Shown here: one piece after another, positions 25,666 through 36,550 of the stretch
Layout of the letters: each line of letters opens with the position of its first letter
Position numbering within the stretch: position 1 is the first letter of the stretch
Source: Prorocentrum cordatum
Lineage: Eukaryota
Assembly: GCA_963575745.1 (NCBI GenBank)
Contig: CAUYUJ010000324.1
Span: 62,001-115,342 of the forward strand
DNA: 53,342 nt
Direction: 5' to 3'
Notes under the pieces: generated by a model
Databases searched by the model: none
What the model was told of the DNA's origin: nothing
What the model saw: only the letters and a program-made list of their open reading frames with translations
Made by a program: the position numbers and the translations under genes

Positions 25666-25969
25666 GCTTGCAAGTGGATCTTGGGCCCCATACAGCTAGG
25701 CCAAGCGCGCGAGGCGAAGAACAGTCAGATCCCTAGGCCGCCTAACTTCGCTGTTATCTTCGCGCCCTCTCGACGCCGCTCTGGCGGAGGGTATCTCACG
25801 CTATCTTGCGGTATCGAACGCGCGAAGCGCGATTATCTTCGCGCTATATGGCTGACCTAAAGGACCCTGGCCCTTGTCGAGCACAGCGGCAATTCTTGTC
25901 CTGTCGTGCGCGGCCGAACGTGCCGCCCGTCGCTGCCGACTCCGTGAGTCGCAGCTCCCAACTGGCCCA

Positions 25970-26154
25970 CAGTGGGGGCGCGTGCCCAGAAACCAGTTGG
26001 ATTTTGCCAGAGTGCCCTGGGTTTCTTGGATTTCGATGGGCCCCCAATCAGAACTTTGCGATTTTCGATCAGCACATGTGGATTTTCACCGAACAAATCG
26101 CGGATTTCAGGGTTGGGTTTCTTGCGGAGGTTTCCTGTGGCCGAGCCCCCACTG
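25970..26154 (-). mobile_element. Tc1/mariner-like MITE, copy 1 (inverted relative to copies 2 and 3)
   Basis: CAGTGGGGGC...GCCCCCACTG termini with CA on both sides; interior matches the reverse complement of 30308-30485 and 32778-32940. Confidence 0.7.
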
Positions 26155-26164
26155 CATACACGAT

Positions 26165-29100
26165 CTATTTGGGGGCAGGGAGCCCCATCTTGTGCTCAAT
26201 GAAATGGTCGAGCAACTGCGTCTGGATGGCCATCCAGCTCGCCTCTGGGTTCTCGCCCCACTTGATCTGGGGCGCCTTGACGTGCTTGGGTTTCACGATC
26301 CTGAACGCTTTGTCCTCGAGCAAGACCTGGGATTCCGAGCGCCACTTCAACAGACTATGGGGCATCTTACGGTATCATACGGTATCTCACGCCATATTGC
26401 CCCCCGATTGAGTTGTCGTGCAATCACCATGAGGGGCCCTACAGTCAACTAGTACAGCAAGGTTGCGCGATAAGGATGCAAGTGCCATGGGCGCCCATTT
26501 CGAAGCTTTTCGAGCGGGGCGCGCCCAGCGACGGCGGCGAATGATGGACCGAGGAGGCGAGGATGCAAGGGTACCCTTGTAAAGGCTGCTCATCCTTGAT
26601 ACGCGGGTTGGCTGTAATCAGCTCACGCGCGACTACACGAAGCGGTCGAAGCGGACCTTCATGTCACTGTTCAGTTGCGTCCTCCAAAACCTCACCTCCC
26701 CCTCATCCTTCTCCTCTTGCTGCTAGTGCTGCTGCTCCTCCTCCTCCTCCTCCTCTTCTTCCTCTCCCCTCGTCCGCACCCCCCCTCGCGGGGTGACGGG
26801 CCGAGCGCGTCGCCCTCGCGGGTGGCGGGCCGAGATCCCCCAGGGCCCCTCCCCACGCGGCGGCGGATCGAATTCGGCCCGGCGCTCTCGGCTCAGCGGA
26901 AGCCCTCGACCCCATCCTCCTCGCTTGGCACGCGGGCCGCCGCCGGAGGAGGAGGAGGAGATGAAGGGGGGGGTCAGGAGGAGGAGGAAACGAAGGGAAG
27001 AGGGAGGAGGTTTTTGTTGAGGAAGAAAGATGGCATAAACATAAACGTTCGGAAGTCAACGCGGGGATTTCTTGGATCGCCGCTGGACACCCTTCCTCTG
27101 CGCGCTGAGCACGCCAGGGGCAGCGCCATAGGCGCCGCCAGGGGAGGGAGTCCTGCGCCAGCCGAAGGAATCAGCGCGGACCTCCGAACATTTCTGTTCA
27201 TGTAGTTTTGTTATTAGTCGGTTGTTTGTTGTTGTTACCTCGGAAGTTTGTTTGCCCGGATACTTCAACCCTGCAGTCGTGGCCGCGCTTCCCGATCGTG
27301 ATGTTCTTGCTGTAAGAATGCTCGCCGCGGGGTCCGGGGCTCGGGTGGAGCTTGGCCGGCGTGAACGCGAGGAACTCCTGACGCCGCGCGTTCCAGTCAG
27401 CGGGGTCGCAGAGCGTCTTGCCGAACTTGCTCTTACGAGCGCCATCTTTGGGAAGCATGCGAGGCCAGGTGGGGTTTCGCGAGGTGGAGGGGGGGGATCA
27501 AGCCTCCCCCTCCGCCTCCTCGTCCATGCACACGTATGTGTGTATACATATGTATGTGTATATAAAAATTACAACACTACAGAACCTGTGCCTTACGCTA
27601 TCTTACGGTATCTAACGCTAGCATATGCAGTTTAACAAATATGGTCGACCATACTATGTGTAAATATCCATACACACATGAACACATGTCGATGCACTTG
27701 TACACACATTCGTACATGCATATACACATAACAACATATATGCGTATTGCCATACTTATATGTGCGTATACACATGTATATCTGTATATACGTATATCAT
27801 GCAACAACTGTCTTACGATACATTACGGTATGTAACGCTAGCGCGTCTGATTTCACATAATAGCGTCTCGCGCGCACACCGGCGCACACACAAACATACG
27901 CATATGTGTACTCACGTATTACAGAACTTGCACTTCACGATATCTTACGGTATCTGATGCTCGCGTGTGCGTGGGTGAAAAAAACAACACGGAATGATAA
28001 CCTCTAATTCTTCCTCACCGAGCCGCCTCTGCCGCACCCCCCAAACCAGAACAACGGCCAGAACCACATAGCGTGGCAGAGCATAGCATGGCATTGCATA
28101 GCTCTAAACCATCTGAACATATATATACATACATGCGTGTGCGTGTTCATCATCGTTGTCTGACGGCCAGCCTGACACTTGCGATATCTTACGGTATCTT
28201 ACGGTGCGTGATGCTGCACCGTAGCGCAGCATAGCATAGCAAAGCATAGCATAGTTCAATGCTAAGTGTGGATGTATGTGTATATATATATATATATGCG
28301 TGTTCATCATCGTTGTTCGTCGGCCAGCCTGGCACTTACGATGTCTTACGATATTGTACGGTGTTTGTTGCCGCTGCGTGGCATAGCACAGCATAACATC
28401 AATGCTATGGTGTATGTATAGGTGTGTGTGTGTGTGTGATCATCATCGGTATGCGCTGGCCAGTCTGTCACTTGCGCTATCTTACGGTATCTTACTGTGT
28501 TTTCGATGCCGCGGCGCCTGGTGCTGAAGATGTTGCTTCCGCGGCGTCCGAACATGGTGCTGAAGATGATGGCATCGCTGCGTCATCACCTGGTGCTGAA
28601 GATGATGCCATCGCTGCTGCCGGCCTCTTCATCCTTGCTGTCGCCTTTGCCTTCCCTTTTGGCTTGGGCTCACGTGTTGCGTCTTCCTCTGACTCCTCAG
28701 CGGCCGCCTCCTCCATGCCATCCTCAGCCGCCTTTCGGGCGGCCCGCGACTGCGGCGGCTTCTTGCCCTGGGCCTCCAAGAGCAACATTGCCGCCAGCGG
28801 GGGCTCGCTCGGCGGCGGGAGCCCACGCTTGTCCTCCTCTGCCTCCTCTGGCGCCTCCTGCGCGTCCTGCGCGTCCTCATGCGGCGCCTCCTCGTCGCAC
28901 TCATCGTCCTCATCTGAGCGAGCGCCTTCAGGGAGATCATCGTGCTCCTGCCACGAGCCATGCGGCTTGCCGCCGTCCGCCTGCGTCTCGTCGCCTGCGG
29001 CTCGCCACTCCTGCCTCGTCACTCGCCTGCTCTCGCCACCCGCCTGCGGCTCGCCGCTCGGCTTCCCCTCGCAGCCCAGAGACTCGTCGTCGGAAATGAC

Positions 29101-29576
29101 CATTGCGTGGCCCACGAGCTCCTGGCTCGTGGCGGAGGCTATGGGCGCGGGGGCCGCCTGCACCCATCACCCCCGCCGCCACCAGGCGTCCTATAGACCG
29201 AGGACGCCTGGGATAGGCACCACAAGTTCGTTCCTCTCCTTCCTCTCCTTCCTCCGTCCTCTCCTCTTGCCCATCCGTTCTCTTCCGTCCTTCCTCCATC
29301 CCTTCCCTCCTTCAGCTTTCGTCCTTCCTCCGTCCTCTCCTCTCCGTCCGTCTCCTTCCTCTCCTTTTTTCTCCTTCCTGCGTCCTTGTTGATGCCATCC
29401 ACGTTGTGCACGCTATCCGCCTTGGACATCATCAGGTTGGCCGCGATCTGCTCCAGCTGAGCCTCCGTCAGCGAGGGATTGGCATCTGCCAGCTCCGCCA
29501 CGATAAGGTCCACGTCCTCCTTCTTCGGCACCTCCTGAGCCTCGCCGTCTGGGATAGGCACAGCCTCGGGCTCCAT
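26165..29576 (-). CDS. Multi-exon hypothetical cargo protein (acidic/Ala-rich linker, KPKGKAKA..MKRPAA basic patch, small C-terminal globular domain)
   Basis: Segments 29576-29390, ~29157-28500, ~27458-27264 and ~26327-26165. The last two join by GT-AG as GEHSYSKNITIGKRGHDCRVE|VLLEDKAFRIVKP...QIKWGENPEASW. Confidence 0.5.
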
Positions 29577-30307
29577 GGACAGGAGGTTCGCTCTCTTGAA
29601 CTTCGGCTTCGTCCTCTCCTGGGGGACATCGTTTTGTTCCCCTCTTGTGTTTCTTTCTCTATCTCTCTCCCCCTGTGTATGTATACATATTTATATATAG
29701 CCACAGAACATGTATCTTACGCTATCTTACGACATCTAACGTTAGTGAGTGCGCGTTGACATAACTGGATTTACATACTATGCGCATGTGTGTATATGTG
29801 TATACATAATACAAGAATACACATACGCGTATATGCATACACATATACATATATGTGCATATATTTATATATGTACACAAATTACAAACATACCTTGAAT
29901 CATCTCGAGCCGAGATCCTATCATCATCGCGCAGGGCCCTGGGCAACTTACGATATCTTACGGTATCTAACGGTACTTGTGCCCAAATATCATCACCATC
30001 CCCCTTCCCCCTCTTCCTCCCTCTGAGGGGAAGTGGGGGAGGGGGCAACTTACGATGTCTCATGATTTCTAACGGTACTGATGGCATACTGTCCGAACAT
30101 CCCCACCATCCCCCCCCCCTCCTCCTCCACCGCACCCTTTCCTCTGAGTGGGAGGGGATATGATGGGGAGAGGGGGGGGGACCTTACGATATCTTACGAT
30201 ATCTAACGGTACTTGTGCCCCAACATCATCACCATCCTATGTCTTGTTCCTCCTCCCCTTTTCCTTCGGAGGGCAACTTACGATATCTCACGGTATCTCA
30301 CGGCCTG

Positions 30308-30485
30308 CAGTAGGAGCTCCGGCCACAAGACATTTTCCGCAAAACAATCAACACTGAATCACCAGGAAAGTTGCCGATGTTTTTGCTTGGGAACCCCTTC
30401 GTTTCCTTTTGTAAAACCACCGAAACCCAAGAGACCCAGGGTACCCTGGTGGGAGCAGGGTGTTTCTTGGCATGAGCCCCCACTG
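30308..30485 (+). mobile_element. Tc1/mariner-like MITE, copy 2
   Basis: tg|CAGTAGGAGCTC...GAGCCCCCACTG|ta. Confidence 0.7.
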
Positions 30486-30599
30486 TATGCCCCCCTCCTC
30501 ATACTCATGCACCTCGCTATTTCTCTTACTCGTGGCCCATGGGTACCATCCTGCAGCCGCGGATCAGCATACGCCGCACCCAATCCCAGACTGCCGGGG

Positions 30600-33500
30600 C
30601 TGATCTGAACCGGGTGCGGATCCTTCTCTGGGTCATCATCCTTCTCTGGGGTCTCAATCTCCGACGAAGCACCGCGCCTAGTCCTGGTCACAGGCTCGGG
30701 AGGGACCAACTTCTTCAACTCGGCGATCTGGTCGTCCTGGGGGCCCACATGGCTGCGGGCCCAAAACTCACGACCGGACCTCACGACCCAATGTTTCATC
30801 TTGCGAGCCTGATCGATCCGCAAGGGTCATGACGCCCGAAGCGGGACGCAAATTTCACTCGTTTTTTTCACGAGCATCCGCGCCCATCCCCCTTCCCCCT
30901 TCTCCTCCTCCTCCATCTCCTTTCTTTGAGGGGGAGGGGAGAGGGGAGCAACTTACGCTATCTCACGGTATCTAACGCCCACCATCCCCATTCCCCTCCT
31001 CTTCTTCCTCCACCTCCCCATCCTCTTCTTGAGGTAGAGGGAGACCCTTGGACCCACATCGGTCCCTTGACCCTGTTCTGGAAGATCTGGCCAGGCGCAA
31101 CAAATAGCTGACCATCGCGTGGATGACCTGCGGGTTTGCATATGTATATATGCGTGCGTGTGTTCATCATCATTGTTCGTCGGCCAGTCTGACACTTACG
31201 ATATCTTACGGTATCTTACGGCGTTTGATGCCATAGTATAGCATAGCATAGCTCAATATTGTATGTATATGCGTTTGTGTTATTCATCGATGTTCGTGGG
31301 CCAGCCTGGCACTTGCGATATCTTACGGTATCTTACGGCGTTTGATGCCACAGCGTGGCATAGCATAGCATAGCTCAATATTGTTTATGTATATAGATAT
31401 GCGTGTTCTTCATCGTTGTTCGTTGACCAGCCTGGCACTTACGATATCTTACGGTATCTTACGGCGTTTGATGCCACAGCGTGGCATAGCATATCATGGC
31501 ATGGTTCAATACTACAGATACGCGTGTGTCTTCATCAACGTTGTCCGACGGCCAGCCCGGCACTTACGATATCTTACGAAATCTTACGGCGTTTGGTGCC
31601 GCAGCGTGGCATAACATAGCATAGCATTGTTGAATACTATATACGTGTGTCTGTGCGTGTGTGTGTTCATTATCATTGTTCGTCGGGCAGTCTGGCAGTT
31701 GCGATATCTGATGGTATCTTATGGCATGTGATGCCGCAGTGTGGCATAGCATAGCATAGCTCAATATTGTAGATATGTGTGTCTTCATCATCGTTGTCTG
31801 ACGGCCAGTCTGGCACTTACGATATCTTACGGTATCTTACGGCGTTTGATGCCACAGCGTGGCGTAGCATAGCATAGCTCAACAGTGTACGTACATATGT
31901 ATATAGATATGTGTGTGTTCTTCATCGTATTTCGTCGGCCAGCCTGGCACTTACGATATCTTACGGTATCTTACGGCGTTTGATGCCAGATCGCGGCGTG
32001 GCATATCATGGCATAGTTGAATGCTTCAGATACTTGCGTGTCTTCATCATCATTGTCCGACGGCCAGCCTGGCACTTGCGATATCCTACAGTGTCTGACA
32101 GCGTCTGGTGCCGCAGCGCGGCGTAGCATAGCATAGCATTGCATGGCATAGCTCAATACTATTTAAATATATATATATATATGTATGTGTATGCGTGTGT
32201 GAGTGTGTTCAACATCGTTGATCGTCGGCCAGCCCGACACTTACGATGTCTTACGGTATCTTACGGCGTTTGATGCCACATCGTGACATAGCATAGCACA
32301 GCATAGCTCAATGCTATATGCGTGTGTGTGTGCGTCCATCATCGTTGTTCGTCGGCCAGCCTGGCACTTGCGATATCTTATGGTATAGTATGGCGTTTGA
32401 TGCCCCAGCTTGGCATAGCATAGCACCGCATAGGGCAATGCTATAGACATGTGTGTATTCCTCGTCGTTGTCTGACGGCCAGTCTGTCACTTACGATATC
32501 TTACGGTATCTTACGGTTTTATCTTTCGATGTCCGTTCGACCGATCCCTAGTAGTTGCTCCATTTCGAGGGCGCATCGCCTCTCTCCTGCTCGACAGTGC
32601 GGCCCATGTTCCACTCGCTGCACCTGTCCAGCTCATGCACTGCCATGCTGTAGACATCTGCGGTGGGCTGGACCCCTAGGCGGCGGTTCTCAAGGCCCCT
32701 TCGAAACGCAGCCTGTGCCATCTTACGATATCTTACGCTACCTTACGCCATGCGCCCGCATGGCGCGAGGTGGCGTACAGTAGGAGCTCGGCCACAAGAA
32801 GCTTTCCGCAAGAAATCCCCTCAGAAACCCATCATTTTTTTGTCCGGGGACCTTACACTTCCCCAGGAATACCGCGGAAACCCAAGAGACCCAGAGTACC
32901 CTGGAGGGAAGCAGGGCGTTTCTTGGCATGAGCCCCAATGCAAGAGACACGAGGGGACAAGGGTTTGTCGAGAAGTTAGCGAGATGGCAAGGGTTTCTCG
33001 AGGACGAGGGACATGAAGGACTAGGGAGAGGGAGAGAGAGAAGGAGAGAGAGTGGGGGGGGGTAAGAATCTGAAAGTGCGTTCCGAAGGCCGGCCTTTCA
33101 GCCTCGTCAAGATCGCCTTGATGATATCAAAATTCGACTTGATGTCGTTCTGGCTCACCTCTGGGCACAGGGCGTGGAGAAGTGGAGACGGGATGAGGGA
33201 GGTGCAGGGGCGCGCCCTCGCATCTCCCCCATCTTACGGTATCTTACGATATCTTATGGGGAAGGGGGGGTGGAGAGTAGAGAATGAGGAGGGCACCTTG
33301 GGTTTGCCATCTGGCGGCGCGATCGTCCCCACCACGAAGAGCTCCTTGATCCTCTCGCAGCGCTGCACCCGCTCCGTAGTCAAGCCCTGGGGGGCGCCGC
33401 ACGTCCACGCCCATATGGGGGGGCGGGGGCGATCCCCTATGGGCATGGGTGGGTGTATTCTTCGGATATCGTGTAGCTTACGTCATCTTACGCTATCTCA

Positions 33501-33655
33501 TGGGGGAGGGCGCGTGCGATTTGCGTCGCGCCGACCTCGCTGATGGCGGCCACGAGAGCGTCGCATTGCTCGCTTGGGGCCCGCGGGAAGTCCTGGGCCC
33601 CCTGGGGGCCCTCCTCCTCGGAAGGGCCCTCGGTCCTTTGACCGGCCGACGCCAT
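30600..33655 (-). CDS. Multi-exon hypothetical cargo gene (may be the 5' part of the 26165-29576 gene)
   Basis: Short protein-like exons MASAGQRTEG...QIARALP, PIWAWTCGAP...DGKPK, VSQNDIKSNFDIIKAILTRLKGRPSERTF, PTADVYSMAVHELD and RIDQARKMKHWVVRSG...QIAELKKLV, separated by 10-mer-bearing introns. Confidence 0.4.
31145..32520 (+). repeat. Tandem array of ~11 units (~117-165 bp) built around cacttacgatatcttacggtatcttacggcgtttgatgcc plus (gcata)n and (ta/tg)n
   Basis: Cores near 31193, 31310, 31436, 31561, 31696, 31814, 31948, 32073, 32238, 32365 and 32488; three more related units at 28070-28500. Confidence 0.92.
32778..32940 (+). mobile_element. Tc1/mariner-like MITE, copy 3
   Basis: ta|CAGTAGGAGCTC...GAGCCCCAATG|ca. 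Confidence 0.68.
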
Positions 33656-35123
33656 CTGAAGCCGAAAAGGCTGTGAAGGTGAGGTAGGGGGAGAGACCTT
33701 GAAGCTGGTCCTACATATGCCTCTACATGTCGAGGCGTTTCTACATCCCAGTGGGCCAGAATGCCTGGTGAGAGGGTGCATCTTACGATATCTTACGGTA
33801 TCTAACGGAGCCCCCTTTCCCACCCCCGTATTTTTCCCCCAAGTCCCTGGCCTCAATCGATGTCCATGGGCGAGTCCAAAAATATGGGCGGGTCGAGGTC
33901 GACGATAGGAGGGCCCCTGGAACGGGGCGAGTTGACGGTCTCAGCGTCGGAGTCTCCAGAACTCGCGATGCACTCGGGGTAGGCGAACCAGGGAAGCCGA
34001 ACCTCAGAAGAGGAAAATGTACCGACACCGCTACCCCGCCGCCGTTTTGTCCTTCTTGGGCTTTCTGGGGATTCCTCGTTGCCACGGTTGGATTCGCCTC
34101 GAGATTCTGCTCAGAGAGCACTCTTGGAAAGGTTTGGGGACAGCGGTGTCGGCACTTGTTGGTCCTCCCAGAACCACGCGATCATCGGCCCATCGCCGGG
34201 CCAAGGGCCCCCATGGATGGAGCGCATCTTCAGCGCCAGGGGGATTGCACCGAGAATAATCCAGACGTTCTTCATAGTAGTCCAGTGGGAAGAAGACTGG
34301 CACATCGCGCGGGAGAATGGCGCAGCGGGGGCGGTGATCTGGCGGGAACGACCACAGGCCGGGCAGGCCAAAGAAGTTGTCTTCGACGAGCGTTCTCCAG
34401 CGAAAGAAAGGTTTGGACACCTGGGCCATTTCGAGCCAGACGCTCTGGGAAATCAGTTTCGTGTTTCGGTGTGTATGTTTGCCCTCATCGCCCGTCTATC
34501 AATTAAATGTTTGATTTAACCATATGTGGTTTTGCGTTTTCGTGGTGCAATGCGCCTTGTTGTTTACAGCATTGTTGTTTATGTGTGCTGTCGCTTGGCG
34601 CTGAAAGAACATTCGCCTCGGTGGCCCAGCGTGTATTCACTCAATCTCGCGAAGAGTGTTTCCGTTTGGTGGGCTATAAATGCGTTTGTTTTGTTTGTTT
34701 TGTTTTTCTTTTTAGATAAAACAGAAAAAAAGAAGAGCAGCGGAAAACAACTGGGATTGCGTTTCCGCTTGGCGCTAAAAATGTGGTTTCTTTTGTCGCT
34801 CAGCGCGCATTTCCGAATCGCACGAGGAGTTTCCCGTCTGTTGGGTGGTCGAATGCGCGTTTGTTGATTAATTTTAAGTTTGCGTTTTCAAGTGGTTGTT
34901 TCCTTCGTCTCCCAGCGCGCTTTTTTGGACCGCGCGAAGAGTTTTGCGCTGGCTGGGCGGTGAATTTCGATGGTTTTCGTTTGTTGTTTTTGATTTGAAC
35001 TGTCGTTTGGCGTTAATTATGTTGTTTCTGCGGTCGCCCAGCGCGCTATTTAATAACGCGCAACAAATTTTTGAAATCGTCAGGGGCGTGAAACCCTTAA
35101 GCATTGGACACCGGGAGAGCTCC

Positions 35124-35171
35124 CCCAATGCTTAAGGCTTAAGCATTCAGAGAGCTTCAAGAGCCTCTGGG
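35124..35171 (-). repeat. Right terminal inverted repeat
   Basis: Reverse complement reads cccagaggctcttgaagctctctgaatgcttaagccttaagcattggg, 40/48 identical to the left TIR. Confidence 0.93.
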
Positions 35172-35769
35172 TAGGTCGGGCATGGCCGCGGCCGGCTGCT
35201 CCAGCGCCCTGGCGCCACCCGACGTCGCGCGGTCCGCCCCCAGGGTGGCCAGACTGCTGGCGGGCCGCGGCCGAGGCCGCAGGCCTCGCCGCATCGGCGC
35301 CTCGGGGCAGCGCCCCCGGCGCAGGGGCGGCAGGCAGCCCGCCGCGGGCTGCGCGGGCGGCGGCCGGCAGGGCCCGGCTCCGCCGAGTGGCTGACGCAAA
35401 CCCCGTGGCCTTGAGCCTGCGATGCGACCGACGGCGCGACGGATTGCCCTGGGCTCGCTGAAGTGGCTGAGACCTCGCTGAGGCTCAGGACGCCCAGGTC
35501 GGGCTGAGCCTCGAGCTCATGCTGCTCATGGCTGTCTATAGGTTGGTGATGACGCTGATGTTGCTCATTGTGTCATCGTGCATATATGATGGCTGTTAGC
35601 TAACGGCTCTCGTTCACAATCCTGTCCATGAATCGCATCGTTCACATGGTGGCAGTGTGGCTCCGGAGTTTGCTTGCTGACGACGCGTTCGCTCTGGGGT
35701 CCCTCGGGGGTCAGGGCGTTCGGTCGGGATATGCAAGACGGAATGCACCAGGCCAGCGAGCAGGAAGTG

Positions 35770-36550
35770 TTGCCATCAAAGATCCGAGAGGCCTCGTCTG
35801 CACAGTTGAGCTCACTCGGGATCCAGCGGGCGACGAGGCGAATCTGACGAGCCAGGACGCACGCGCTGATGCGTCTGATGACTGCCAACATTGAGAAATC
35901 TCTTGAACGAGGTCGGCAGATCGACGGCACCGCTCCCATGTTATCGCGCAGACGCAGATGCCTGGTATCATGCCCCCGCCGCGTCTGGGCGAGGCGACGC
36001 GCGGCGGCCGGGGCGGCGCGGGCTTCCAAAATGGCAATGCCCTCAGCCCTGGCCATAACCCCGCTGCGGCAGGGACTCCAGCGCGCCTGGTCAAGCCACC
36101 CGGCGGGCACCTCCTCGAAGACCTCGTCGAGTGCCCAGGCGTCTGCAGAGGCCCCCCCCATCGGGCGCCGACCGGCGCCGGGGCCCGGCGCCCTCGTCGT
36201 CGACGAAGCCGGCGCGCTGCATTGCGCGCTGGCGCGGGGCCAGCTCCAGGTCAAGGCGGAGCCGGCCCCGCTCGGCCACGCGCCCCGCGCGGGCGACCTC
36301 CCTGGCGCCCATCGTGGTGGAGGTGACGCCGAAGCCGCTCTCGGACGCATCGGAGGCGGTGACGCAGCGGTTCCAAGGCAGCACCAAATCACTGCTGACG
36401 AAGACCAGGAGGTCTCCGAGGCAACTGAGCTCCTCGCGCGCGGAGGTCTACATCTCCTGCCGCCCCCAGTAAGTGGCCTGAATGAAAGCGTAGCTGGCCG
36501 ATAAGACGCTGAGCAGCTCGCGCCTCGCAAAGCCAGCGTAACTGGGCGTC
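35770..36550 (-). pseudogene. RNase H plus C-terminal RT remnant of the YR retrotransposon
   Basis: VTASDASESGFGV, GIAILEARA, LRDNMGAV, RWIPSELNCADEASR (DIRS-type RNase H D-E-D-D pattern); frameshifted. Confidence 0.8.

Larger units (their letters stand above)
9159..35171 (-). mobile_element. Giant (26,013 bp) cut-and-paste DNA transposon, EnSpm/CACTA/Plavaka-like, with cargo genes
   Basis: 48-bp TIRs (40/48 identical), TA at 9157-9158 and 35172-35173, excision restores the host YR reading frame, internal DDE transposase gene. Confidence 0.9.

Noticed and set aside
31145..32520. CRISPR-like look of conserved cores with variable linkers
   Set aside because: Linkers are homologous to each other and microsatellite-like, not unique spacers; no cas genes; eukaryotic intron context.
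34031..34429. 132-aa minus-strand ORF near the right end (MAQVSKPFFRW...)
   Set aside because: No recognisable family, and its 3' half overlaps the inverted duplicated block whose coding frame is ambiguous; not called as a CDS.
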